Source of the DNA: the human T2T-CHM13v2.0 reference genome, Homo sapiens
DNA length: 64,000 nt
Assembly: GCF_009914755.1 (NCBI RefSeq)
Contig: NC_060940.1
Strand: one strand, 5' to 3'
Part shown: positions 1 through 19,915 of the stretch, in pieces
Layout: each line of letters opens with the position of its first letter
Position numbering within the stretch: the first letter of the stretch is position 1
Notes under the pieces: generated by a model
What the model was told of the DNA's origin: nothing
The model's database searches: none
The model's input: only the letters and a program-made list of their open reading frames with translations
Program-made: the position numbers and the translations under genes

Positions 1-404
1 GACGAATCATAGCTAGTGTTTGTGGTGAGCTGCCTAAGTTCCAGGCACTGCTTCAAATACAAACTTTGCATAGAGTTCTGAGGTCAGTACTATTTTGATT
101 CCCCTTTTGCAGATGAAGTGACTGATGCATAGAGCGGTGTCCTCACTTTTGCCCCAGGTGAGTGGGGGTCAGAGCCTGGGTTCCCGCTAGGCAGTCTGAT
201 TGGGATTCTCACCGTGCTGTCCCTCAGTGGACATGGATCAGAGTCACACACAGTGGCCACCCAGGTGTTAAAGGGACGACAGGAAACAGACTCAAGCCCA
301 GGCTGTTGTACCTAGCACAAAAAGCGTCTCCCAACAGAGGGGAAGTCCCAAGAATAGTTGGCCACATCATCAAAATAGCAAGACCCTGTCTTAAAAAAAA
401 AAAA

Positions 405-1950
<1,546 letters not shown>

Positions 1951-1960
1951 AATGCCTCCT

Positions 1961-2837
<877 letters not shown>

Positions 2838-3764
2838 CTAAGAAAACAAAAAGATTCACACGGAAAGAGGAAGGAAGCCAGAAGGCAGAAGCCATGGGAC
2901 AGCAGGAGATGAAGGGGAGGAAAAGAGACAGGTGGGGCGCTGAGGACGACGGAGGAGCCGTGCCGGGCCTTGGGGGTGCCCCACTGATGCAAGCAAGGAG
3001 GGTCAAGCTGTCACGTGAGGAGCGAGCTGCCGGAGGTCCCCCATGAGTGGGGGCATTTGGGATTAGGAGTCAGGTCTCAAATTTCCTAGCCCACGCTTGG
3101 GACAGGAAGAATTATGGCAGTCTCCCACTCGCTCATTCATTCCTGACATTATTTCCTGAGCATCTCATACGTGCTGGACACTTGGTCAGGTGCTGGCAGT
3201 CTGGGGAACAGACAAGCAAGACCCCTGCCTCATGGAGCCTGAGGCCGTGGGCAGAGACCCTGACTGATGGTGAGTGTGAGGCGGGTGTGGAAGCAAAGTG
3301 GAGGGGCCGGAGGGGCAGATGGCAGGGCTGGGATTAGAGAGGGCAGGGCCGGGAGGGCAGGATCAGCAGGTGAGGAGGCTGATGGACTGGACCCGAGGGC
3401 ATGGGCAGTGTGATCCTCGGAGACCTGCAGGTGCTGGGGTCCCATTCTGGAACTCTGTGCCAATGCTAGCAGCTGGCTACGGAGGCGTTTTCAGCAGGGG
3501 CGGGCGGTCAGATCAGTGGCTGCCTGGGAAGCCGGCTCCACCTGCTGGTGGGGTGAGTGGGCGCAGGGCAGGGCTGTTGGGGCACAGAGAACTCAGTCAG
3601 GAGAACGGGGGCTGTGTTGGGAGGTGGGCAATGCCTGGGTCGGGGAGCTCCCCAGGAGCCTATAAAGATGTTCCAGAACGGAAAAAGAACCTCAAAACTA
3701 AAAGCAAAAGATTGCTTCGTAGCCATAAAGAAATAAAGAATGACAAAGCTTTTATATCCTGTCT

Positions 3765-4066
<302 letters not shown>

Positions 4067-4162
4067 GCTGTTACGTTCTGATATGGAAAGATCTCCAAGT
4101 GAAAAAATGCAAGGTGCAGAAGACCATACAAATGTTCAATCATTGCATAAAAAAGGGAGGAG

Positions 4163-4644
<482 letters not shown>

Positions 4645-4875
4645 CTAGTCCAAAAGTTAAAAAACAAAAAAACAAAAAAACAAAAACCTTATGGGTTCTA
4701 CAATATGGAGAAAACTGCAAAATCCAAGCTAATAAAAGTTTACTTGAGACACAGAAACTTTGTCATTAAGTGTAGTCTTCACAACGATTTCAGTATGTTT
4801 AGAAGCCAAATGAAGTTTAGCTTCACTAATCTTCCTGAATATGCGTGATTGCCAAGCAGTCACGGCCACCGTTAC

Positions 4876-5168
<293 letters not shown>

Positions 5169-7149
5169 CACCATTACATTTAAGTTAACTTTAGCCAAAT
5201 AATTTCAAATGCAAAATTATAAAAATTAGTTTTTAAATGTTCCAGAACAAATGGTATTTAATGGTGTAAATGGGTGGGATTTTTTTATAAGCTTGCTGGG
5301 CTCAGGAGTGGGACCTCCCAAAACAAGAGAGTTGGAGGCCCCAGCTTTGCTTGGGGTTGACATCGTGGTATGGAAAGATGGGATGGGTGTGTCGGGGAGT
5401 GGAGAGGTAAAGTGAGTCCCTGAGACGTGGGGTGGGTGGGGTAGGGGCAGGGATGGGATCTGTGGCCAGGCGGATAGGGATGAAGCATAGCTCCCAGATT
5501 TCAGCCTTGTGCCCCACTCAGCCCATGGGTGAGCTTGCTTTGTTGAATTAATTATTTCCTGCCAAATTCAGGAAGTAGCAGATGTTGAAACCATCTCGAA
5601 GACACAAAGATTGGTACTTTGCTAACTGCAGGGAACTTGTTGCCTTCAAGCAATAGGCATTTCTGTTCATAGACCAATTATATCCCGAGAAGGACAGGAA
5701 TGACATTTATTTGAGGGCACACCTGGGGACCTCACCTGTCCACACCTCGACAGAGAATCAGGAGGCAGCAGAGGAGCCTAGGGGGACCCAAAGCCTGGCA
5801 CCAAAGACCACCCAGCGATCAGAGGCAAGAGCTGGCCCAAACTTTTGGCCTAACTGTACATATGCTGAATAAGCTTGGCTTTTCCAGCTGAGTGTAGCAG
5901 AAGCAGCCGTCTGAAGATGGTTTAGGTAGGCTGCGGGGAAGGGGCTGCAGGGAAGGAGGTTGAACACGCCGCCCTGCCCTGACGCAGCAGGAGCGAGAGC
6001 TGATGACCAGAGGAGGAGAATGAAGAACTGTGAAAAGGATCCCCAACATCCAAACAGGGTGGCCGCTGGGAGAGCTGTGGAGGGACTCCCAGTCCAGTGC
6101 TCTACGCCCAGTAGTGCCAAGAGCATTTTGGTCCAACAGAGTCCAGCCTCGTACCTCCCTACACCACCATTTGTCATAAAGAAAAGGATAAATGCCATTG
6201 TTAGACATTTCTCCCCTAAAACCATTACCATGTTTAATCAAGCATTGTGCTTAAGGGGCTAAAAGTCAGGTACCTGAAACCTTAAGTAAAATATTTTTTC
6301 CCAAGTGTTCCAAATGAGTAGGGTTTCCGCACATCTTTGAAAAGAGAGGGGAGTGCTGTTGAGTCCAGCGGGCTTCCCTGCGAGATTCAGACCACGTGCC
6401 CCAACTGTACATGGGTGAACCAGAGGCTGCAGGGTTAGAAGCCTTAACACTCTTCCTAAAGCCTGCCTGGCTCAGCTGCTCGGACCGGCAGCTTCAAAGT
6501 TAACTTTTCTCGAGCATCACAGTGGGCGCCATGGTGTGCAGGCCCCTGCTGGGGCTGGCCTGGGCACCGTGCCCTGGGGGCTGAGCACAGCTTTGGCATT
6601 CTTCTTCCGTGAGGTCTCTGGGGCAGGCAGAGCAGGTGGCTCGAAGCCTGCTACAGTGTGGTCCTGGCCCCCCGTGGGCTTTGGATGAACACATGGGAGG
6701 CAGTGCTAGAAGCATGGGGGTGTCACCTGCATTGGCCAGGGGCTGGGAGGGGCCAGGGGTGCACACCGGACCCCAGAGGGGCCTGAGCTGTTCTGCAGGA
6801 TGCTGCTTCCCGGGTCAGCGTGGGGCTTTCCGTGAGGCCCTGCCCAGGGAGTAGGCTGGCTGGGGAACGCTCGGGCAGTCCTTCATGGGCATGGCTCCTC
6901 AGCCCATTCACTCACTTCACCTCGTGTCAGGCCCCTCACCAAGGGACCTGCCTCTCTGCACAGTCTGAGAACACCAGGGATGGGGCCAGCTGGGACTCTG
7001 ACGCACCGTGGTCCTGTTCTCAAGGGTCTGTTCCCTCCCACACTCCTTCATTCGCTCACTTACTCGCTTCTTCATTCATTCATCCATTCATCCACTTACG
7101 AAGCCCTCCTGGGCACCTCCTGTGGGGTGCCAGGCCGGCAAGGCCTACG

Positions 7150-7515
7150 GCCAATAGAAATCTAGCTCAAGCCACAAGTGCCACTTACAATTTCCCAGTA
7201 GCCATGTTAAAAAAAAGAAAAGTAAAAAGAAACAGGTGAAATTCATTGTAATAACATCTTTCATTTAACCCAATTTATCCAAAAATTATCATTTCAGCAT
7301 GTCATCAATATTAAAATTATTTTAATTTTAATATTAAATCAATATTAATATTTGATTTAATATTAAAATATTAAAATAAGATAGTTTCCATTTCTCTTCT
7401 TTTTGTCTTAAGTCTTGGAAAGCTGGTGTGTATTTTACATTAAAGCACACCTTGACTCGAGCCAGCCAGGGGTCAAGGGCTCTGGAGCCACCTGTGCCAG
7501 TTAGGACAGTGCAGG
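7150..7515. mobile_element. MER33-like hAT DNA transposon
   Basis: CCAATAGAAAT...TAGCCATGTTAAAAAA...AAACAGGTGAAATT...GGTGTGTATTTTACA...GGACAGTGCAG. Confidence 0.7.
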
Positions 7516-7612
7516 TCTAGGTCTAGGAATACAAAACACAGGGACACCCAGACCCTTTACCGAGGGGATCTCTGCCTAGTCGCGGAGCTGACCCTGATAT
7601 AATTCCAGGCTT

Positions 7613-8084
<472 letters not shown>

Positions 8085-8209
8085 TCAGTTCCCACGTCTG
8101 AAAAACAGGGATGACAGTACCTATGTCAGTGGAACTATTTTGATGTAGGACAAAAATACAGCCATGTTTTAATGACCAGCATCTGGAAACGGAAGCCCCT
8201 CATCATTAG

Positions 8210-8440
8210 CAGTCGTGAACATTTAGCGAGAGCTTGCTATGTGCTAGACACCAAAAAGCCACGTAAGCACAGCACGCATAAAAGGCAGACACTCATTATG
8301 CTCCCATTTTACAAGTAGGACGCTGAGGCACAGGGTGGTGAAGTAAGTTGCCCAGAGTTACCAGCCAGGTAAGTGGCGGAGCCAGGATTTGAACTCAGTC
8401 GGGTTCAGAATTTGCATTTTTACCCCCTTCTGTATACTGC
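8210..8440 (+). mobile_element. MIR SINE
   Basis: CCCATTTTACAAGTAGGACGCTGAGGCACAG...AAGTAAGTTGCCCAG...GCCAGGATTTGAACTCAG. Confidence 0.75.
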
Positions 8441-10366
8441 CTCTAATCAATGCTCATTTCTTTCCTTTTCCAGAGATTGAAAATTATTTTTAAAGTCTAC
8501 AGGTGCCACATCACCCACTGGCGCTTGGTGCCTAGGCTAACCCCTTAAGAGGCAGGTGGTACCTGCGCTGGCTGCTGACGGCTTACGGCTGAGCCTCGGG
8601 GCTGGGCCCTCTCCCTATGGCCCAGTCTCTCTGGAAGGGAACCCCGGCAAACCAGGGTCCATCCGCATATCAAAGGTTGCTGAGGACTTCACAACCAATC
8701 GCCCCATCTTTCCATCTTTCAGCCATAAAAATATTTGACAGAGTGGTGTCTGCACAGAAGGGGGATTCCCTGAGTCCTAGAGCCCGCCCTTAAGTTGTCC
8801 TGGGAGCCTGGAGAGCCAGCTCACCTCCCCAGGAGCCCCTGGCTGCCTCAGCTGAGGATGGAGGGTGGTTACAGCTCCCCTGCAGCTCCCGAGAAAAAAG
8901 CTGGATGCTCAGAAATTCTCTTCCGGCAGTGACTTCTCCTCCATGAGCAAATGAATTGTGCATCAAATGAACGCGATCTTCCCTCCAGGCGCTGCCAGCC
9001 AACGGTGTGAAGAAAATGAACTCTCTTCTCTACATGCCATTTAATTTCAATATCTCATTTAATTTCAGTTGGAATGACTCATACTCCACCGTGCCTGGGT
9101 GGGGGTGGGGGCAGAGGTGGGGGTGGGAGGGAACCCATAGCGCAGCCACTGCTTTGTCCGTATAGATTTTTTGTGATCCTTACATTGCAAACAAACTGGA
9201 GTACATATGACTTCTGCTGTAAGAAACTAAAGATAGCATTTTTGAAAATTCACCAAAAAGGGGTACAGGAAAGTGCTGGGCACACAGTGGGCACCCAGAA
9301 GGTGGCATTAAGTATTGAGAGGAGGTGAAGAGAGAGGGCAAAGAGGAGGAAGCTCTTCCCACACCTCCCAGGGACCTGGGGCAGGGGAGGAGACCAGGCT
9401 GCTCCCCCGCCACACACAGGAGCTCTGCCCGGAGCCCCCTCCCAGGCTCCCACCCACCTTCCCTCCTACCTCTGGGGATAAGAGATCAGTAGCCACCTTG
9501 GGTCTCAGGGACCTCGCTCAGGTTGGGGACAGTCACTCGCTCTTCTGGGCCATCTGGGCTGTGGCTGCTCCCCGTCCCTTCCTGGCCCACTCTTTGCAGA
9601 CTCTGCCCATTCAGACTAAATGCCTGGCCTTTGCAGAGAAGGGAAATTATCCTTAAGCTCAGGCCTTGCCGTTGCCCGCGTGGCTGTGGGAAGCTTTAAT
9701 CCCTTGTTCCATATCCCACTGTCTGGCTGAGGTTAGAGGAATGGACCAACCCGAGCCCATGCCGAAGACAGAAGCCCACGTGGTGGGGGAACTAAGCCAC
9801 TGCCAGGGAGGAAGACTGACGGTGGGCGTGTTCCCGGGAAGAGGAAAGCACTTCTGCAAATCTGTCCTGGGTAAGGCAGGTGTGGGGATCTTGGGGGACC
9901 CTAAGGGTGACACTGGGGTTAGTATGGGAGATTCAGGAAATGGTTTCCATACAGCATAGGGGGAAATTTCTGGCAATCAGCAGCGGGCTTGAGCTGCTCA
10001 AGACCCAGTGAGTTCCCCGAACGTCGCGGGTTAGGCACGGGCTGATCGCTGCACTGGATTTATTGGAGAGGTTGGATCTGATGCCTGTTTCATTTCCTTG
10101 CAACCCTGAGAGGCTTGGAGGAGAGTTTCCAGTTTCCTCATGAGAACTAGTTGTGTGTGGCCTCGGCTCTTCGAGGCTGGACCTCAGGGAGGAAAAGCAG
10201 AATCCAGTCCCCCACGCCCAGCTGGGACCCTTAACATGGCAGTGGGAGAGAGGTGGTGGCTGGTGGTGATCCCCATACTGGGGTTTCAGGCAGCCCAGGA
10301 GGGTTCCCCCTTCCCTGTGCCCCCTTCCCAGATCTCTTTTCCTGATGCTCCACTATTGTTTTATTC

Positions 10367-10389
10367 TTTCTTTCTTTTCTTTTTTCTTT

Positions 10390-10466
<77 letters not shown>

Positions 10467-10752
10467 TGAGACAGGGCCTTGCTCCGTCACACAGTCCGGA
10501 GTGCAGTGGCCTAATCATGGCTCTATGGCACCCTCAACCTCCCGGGGTCAAGTGATTCTCCCACCTCAGCCTCTGAGTAGTTGAGGCTATAGATGCACGT
10601 CACCACGCCCATCTAATTTGTATATTTTTAATAGAGACAGGGTTTTGCTATGTTGCCCAGGCTGGTCTCTCAAACTCCTGACCTCTAGCGATTCACCTGC
10701 CTCGGCCTCCAAAAATTCTGGGATTACAGGCATGAGCCACCGAACGCCACCT
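10367..10752 (-). mobile_element. Alu (J-like) with (TTTC)/(TC)n microsatellite tail
   Basis: (TC)n at about 10394-10452 adjoining the reverse Alu. Confidence 0.9.
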
Positions 10753-12371
10753 TATTTTAAAATTAAGATAAAGTTCATGGCCAGGCACGGTGGCTCACAC
10801 CTGTAATCCTAGCACTTTGGGAGGCTGAGGCAGGTGGATCATTTGAGTTCAGGAGTTCAAGGCCACCCACTGTGGCGAGGGTTCCTGTACCCACTGCCAG
10901 ACTCTGTCCATCCCCATCGGCTGACCCAGAAGTCACAGAGGGAGTGACGCTCCGTGGAACCACGGCGCAGGAGGTAGCAGCTAGGGGCAAGAAGGGCTTC
11001 CTGTGCCATCTCAGCCGCCTCTCCTGACCTTCTCTGCCCAAACCCCCACAGACTGTCACCTCCCTGCCACCCGGACTTGCAAATGGGAGCCCCACCTGTG
11101 ACCCTTCTTGCTTGGCGCTCCATCCTCCCCGGGTACCTCCCTGCCCCTCCAGGCACTCAGGTTCCTTCCTGTCTGCGGCCTTCCCTGCACTCCATTACTC
11201 TCTCAACACTGCCCGTAGTCCCCAGGCTACCCTTCGTGCTTTCCGTTATCCCAAACACAGCACCCAGAAAGGCTGAGTAATAGGACAGTGAGTCAGCCTG
11301 GGTAAGACTTTCGAAGGCAGAGTCTGGGTGGGGCAGAGCTCAAAGCAGCTATGCCCAACATTCCTGGAGGTTCAGGGAAGACATGGGATCTTCAGAACAC
11401 CTAGGGCTGTGTCAGGGTGGGCTGCTTGGGATGTGCATATGGGAAGTGAGCCAAGGGACCCCTTGCTGAAGATGGGGAGATACCCAGGTAAGCTGGCACT
11501 TTCTTTGGGTCCTGGACTTTTTTTTTCCCACCCGCTTTGCTCCACGGGTCCCCTAGTGAAAATGCATCCCTCCTTTTTCTACTTCCAGCCTACGTGCCTG
11601 CCCAGATGCAGTCCTGCCTGCTTCCCTCTGCCCAGGTGTAAAGGCGGAGGGGCTGTGTGAGCAGACGCTCTACCTACCGTGAGAACCATATCCCAGTAAC
11701 TATGGAGACCACCACCCTGACGGGAGAGTCCCAGGATGTCTGTTTAAACACTGCCTTCCTCCCAAGGCCTCCAGTGGGTGAGGAGCTCTGGGTCTCTGGG
11801 ACTCTCAGGCACAGTTTGGAAAATTGCCTCTTATTGCAGAAGTAATTTAGCACAGAGCTCAGCTGACCTCAGGGCAGCCATTTTACCAGCAGGATGTGCA
11901 AATGGTTTTGAGCTCCTCAGAAAGCTGGCACTGAGAGAATTCCAGGCACCGTAGGTGATTAACAGAACAATCAGATTCTGGGAGGTCTTGCTCTGAGCTC
12001 CAGGGCAGGAGTGGTGGGAGGCCAGGCTGGTAGAGGCAGTAGGTGATGACATCCAGGGTGGGACTATATAGCCTTTCTTAAAAGCCCCTCAGAGGAAAAC
12101 CACTCAACAGTGCAGGAGAGATCCACGGCTGAAACCCTCAGACCAAGAACCACTGCTACCTATGTGCCCAGGCCAGGTACCGAGGCCAAGAATTTCAAGA
12201 ATATTCAGGCCTAGGACTGAAAGAGGCAGTGGAGGCTGCTGTTTGTTTGAAGGCATTCTGACGCTCAGTCACACGTGTGAAACTGTCCTGGGGTATCCAG
12301 GGCACTTGGACTGTGCACACAAAGAGGATTCTGCTTCTAAACATTTTCTTCCCATTAAAAAACAGACTGAT

Positions 12372-12990
<619 letters not shown>

Positions 12991-13149
12991 GGAAAGAAAG
13001 GGAAGAAAACAGACTCATGGCCAGGTGCCATTGTCCAAGTCTGTAATCCCAGCACTTTTGGAGGTCAAGGCGGGAGGATCACTTCAGCAGTCCAGGCCAG
13101 GTGAAAGAGTGAGACCCTGTCTCAAAAAAACAAAAACAAAAACAGACTC

Positions 13150-14620
13150 ATGTTCTCACTTGGCTTCTCTTTGATGACATTAGTGAGGCAATTTTCATAT
13201 GTTTATGAGCCATTTGGATATCTTCTTTTGAGATGTGCCTAATCTGGAAAGAAGCCTTGTTTTGTTTTTTTCGGAGATGGGGTCTCACTCTCTCATGCAG
13301 GCTGGAGTGCAGTGGTGTGATCATAGCTCACCACAACCTCAAACTCCTGGGCTCTAGCGATCCTCCCATCTCAGCCTCCCAATTAGCTGGGACTATAGGC
13401 GTGTGCCATGGCACCCGGCTCTGGAAAGAAGTCTTTTGCTGGATAATTGTTGGGTAATTGTATTACAAATATCTCCCACTGTGGGATTTCCCTTTTTACC
13501 ACCCTGTTTTTTAATGAACAAAAGTTCTTAATTTTAATGTAGCACAACTTATTGTTTATGTGTCCTGTTTAAAAATCTTTGCCAAGCCCAAGGTCATGAA
13601 TATATCCTCCTGTTATTGTCTAGAAGATGTATCGTTTTACTTTTCATATTTTGACCAAGAATCTGTGAGATACTACTACATACTACCAAAATGTCTAACA
13701 TAAAAAAGACTGATGGCTGGGTGCAGTGGCTCACACCTGTAATCCCAGCACTTTGGGAGGCCATGGCAGGCAGATCACTGGAGCCTAGGAGTTTGAGACC
13801 AGCCTGGGCAACAGGGCAAAGTTCTGTCTCTACCAAAAAAGTAGCTCAGTGTGGTGACGCACACCTGTAGTCCCAGCTACTTGGGAGGCTGAGGTGGAAG
13901 GATTGCTTGAGCCGGGAGGTCAAGGCTGCAGTGAGTTATCATTGCACCACTGCACTCCAGCCTGGGCGACAGAGTGAGACCCTGTCTCAAAAAAAAAAAA
14001 AAAAAAAAAAAAAAAGGCTAATAACACAAAGTTCTGAAGATCTGAGGACATGGGAACTCTCAGACACTGCGGGTGGGAAGTTCAGCTCGTACAATCACTT
14101 TGTAAAACTGGCAACATATCTTGAAAAGCGAACACACACACACCCCTAGCAAGTCCACGCTACATATCCTGAAAGAAAAGCATACACAGGTGTGTGGCAA
14201 GGCACGTGCAGGAATGTTAACTGCAGCATCAGCTGTGTTAGCCCAAATCTGGAAATAACCCAAATATCCATCAACATAGAAATGGATAAATTGGGGTACA
14301 TTGATACAACAAAATAACACACAGCGGTGAAAATGAATAAAAGATTGCTACATATCAGGTCACAGGTGAATCTCACACGCACAGTAAGAATACTTATTGT
14401 CTGCTCCCGCTTACACAGGCTCAGAGCCAGGCAGAACTAGTCCAGGGTGTGGACACAAGGGCTCCTGGGTGCTGGGGCGTCTTAGAGCCTGTTTTTTGAG
14501 CTTGGTGGTGCTTCCAGGAGCCTGTCCTTTTGCTTACCTTGTGAACCTCCGCTGAGCTATACCCTTATGATTTGTGTCCTTTTCTGGGTACCTCTTAAAC
14601 GTCAATAAATAAGTTTTATT
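13150..14620. mobile_element. Old L1M fragments in both orientations, interrupted by Alus
   Basis: GCCATTTGGATATCTTCTTTTGAGATGTGCC (-); CTGGAAATAACCCAAATATCCATCAACATAGAAATGGATAAA (+). Confidence 0.6.
13715..14015 (+). mobile_element. Alu (J-like)
   Basis: Alu consensus with long A tail. Confidence 0.9.
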
Positions 14621-14820
14621 TTCAAAAACACCCTCTGCCAAATACAACTAAGATGAGGATACAAACAAAATTTAGGGTATTCACATAGTGGGGGTCCAAA
14701 CAGTGGTTCTGGAAATGAAGTGTTTACATAATCCTGAAAATATCAATTACAATTTTTTTTTGAGGCATCTCATGTGTTCCTGGTGGTGGAACACTTTTAT
14801 TGGCAAGATTGTAATTCAAG

Positions 14821-15456
<636 letters not shown>

Positions 15457-15821
15457 TCACAAGCCAAAAATAAAGAATCCCAACATTTAGGAGAGAGATG
15501 ATTAGAAGGATATTCAGCCATTGGGGGGATTTTAGGTGATTTTGCTTTTTTAGTTTGTACCTTTTTGTGTTTGGATAAAAAAAAAAAAAAACCAACAAGC
15601 CATTATCCTGGTGACAAAGGTAGAGCTATTTTGAAGGAAATAGGGATCAATACCCTGTCTCTGGGGGCATGTCCTGCACACACAGGGACTGGGCCAGGGC
15701 CCCAGAGACCAGACAGGCAGCTGACAGAGAGGCCTTGCTACAGAGCTGCCTGCTGGAAGCGGGGAGTACGTGACAGACTAGAGATTCAACTTCTCAAAAA
15801 TTAAGTAAAAATAACAACTAC

Positions 15822-16617
<796 letters not shown>

Positions 16618-16689
16618 TGAAAGAGCAGAAAATCAGATGGCCTCCTGTGGAGACAGATAACAGCGTTCATTCAGGAGGTCTGAATTCTG

Positions 16690-16767
16690 TTAGGTCGACT
16701 CCTATGAAATTGCTGATGTTTGAGGTTTTGACTTACTAAATTAGCAATTTCATAGCATTCAACCTTA
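16690..16767. mobile_element. MADE2 mariner MITE
   Basis: About 78 bp with terminal inverted repeats TAGGTCGACTCCTATGAAATTGCT / AGCAATTTCATAGCATTCAACCTT. Confidence 0.75.
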
Positions 16768-16843
16768 TGCCCCAATTCTTCAGTTCCTGGCTGAACATGT
16801 GCCATTGGCCAAATTGCTTATTTCTGCATATTTGAAATTCGCA

Positions 16844-17122
16844 GGCCGGGTGCGGTAGCTCCTATCTGTAATCCCAGCATTGTGGGAGGCTGAGGTGGGA
16901 GGATTGCTTGAGGCCAAGAGTTCCAGACCAGCCTAAGCAACATAGTGAGATCTTGTCTCTATAAAAAATAAAAAAAATTAGCCAGGTGTGGTGGTATGCA
17001 CTTGTGGTCCCAGCTACTTGGGAGGCAGAGGTGGGAGAATGGCTTGAGCCTGGAAGGTCAAGGCTATAGAGTCGTGATTGTGCCACTGCACTCCAGCCTG
17101 GGTGACAGACCAACTCCGTCTC

Positions 17123-17157
<35 letters not shown>
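16844..17157 (+). mobile_element. Alu (J-like) with (AAT)n tail
   Basis: Alu consensus; (AAT)n at 17123-17157. Confidence 0.9.
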
Positions 17158-17159
<2 letters not shown>

Positions 17160-17368
17160 TGAAATTCTTCATAGTAAAATGCAGGTTTTGGCTAAAGATC
17201 AGGGTTATTTATAGCATGGCCTGAATCCACCTGCTAAAAATGCAGGATTTGGGCCCCAAATCTCAATGAATCTGAATTCTCTGGACCTGAGCCCAGGAAT
17301 CTGCACAAACTTTGTAATATTTTACTGGTATTTATGCCTTTTGCTTTTTTTTTTTTTAAAGAAACGGG

Positions 17369-17802
<434 letters not shown>

Positions 17803-18681
17803 CACCTTTTACTTCTTAGATTACATTGTAAGCTCCTCAAATGCAGGCGCCATGCTTTCCATTTCTTTGTATCTCAGGATCTGGGACAATAAAGGTGTTC
17901 ACAAAATCCCTGCTGGTTCGACTACTTTCTGTCTTCCTTACACTTGTCTAGTGAAGGAGGGGGCATGGGAGAATGGAGATATTTTTATTTTCTCTTTGAT
18001 TTTCTACCATGAACATACATTGATTTTGTAGAAAGGAAGAAAATGTATTAAAACTGGGGTGGGGGGTGAGCAAGAATGGGGAAGGGGAGGATGGAAAGTG
18101 GAGGAAGACATGGCTTTTTGCTGGCAGCAGTGGGGCTGCCCTGTGCAGTCCTCTGCCACAGCCTCTGCTGCTTACTGGGTGTGCAGCCTCAGGCAGTCAC
18201 TTCTGCAGCCTGGGCCTTGATTTCCTTGTCTGTCAATTGGAACTGTCATAGGGTTGCTGGGAAGGCAGATGTAAACTGCTCTCATTTGGGAATGAATGGT
18301 TTGATTCACTCATTCAATAAATGTTCACTGAAGGTTTCCTATGAGTAAGTACCTCTCAGGTCAGTCTGGTCAACAGAATGTTCTATATTTACCAAACAAC
18401 AACAACAACAACAACAACAAACCAGTTAAGAACTTTTTTCATCATGGCTCGAATATTCTAAGTATTAGCAAAAGCGCTGTGGTCTCCGTAACACCCATGC
18501 AAGCAGGTGTTATCACTACGAGGTAACTTGCCCAAGGCCACAGAGCTAGAAAGTGGTAGAGCTGGGATTTGCCCCCAGGAGGCTTTGGGAGCAGCACCCT
18601 AACCCCCAACCACACTAGCTCCCCCTGCTAGTGGAAACCGCAGGGGCTGTCGCAGCTCTGCCGGGTTATCTTAAGAATGGG

Positions 18682-19103
<422 letters not shown>

Positions 19104-19555
19104 CTACTGAATCCTGGCCCACCTTAGAGGTTTCACTGAACTCCTCAGTGAGGGTGGGCACCCAGGGTGCTTGGTGGAACTTGGGGGTCCTGCCTCCGGG
19201 GGCCGAGAGGGCAGGCACTTGGGCCACAGAACGTCATGAGTATTCTGAACTGCAATTCTTTAGGTGTATTGATGGAATCTAGAATTTTTTCAGCCAGCTC
19301 TAAATACAGGATGCTATTCTGCTTTACAAGGTAACACAGCAAGTGAGAGCTGAAGGGCTCCTCTAGTCAAACTCAAGTGGCCGCCGTACGGGTGCCTGTC
19401 ACTTGGCTCTGAAAGCAAAAGACCAAGAACATGATTCTCGGCTGTTCTAAAGCTGGGCTAGATCTCCTATTCCACAGAAGTCTTCAGATCGCTTCTCTAA
19501 TGGCAGCACTTCAGAAACCTGCAAGGAAACATCTTCTCCAAGAAGTTAATCCTAA

Positions 19556-19915
<360 letters not shown>

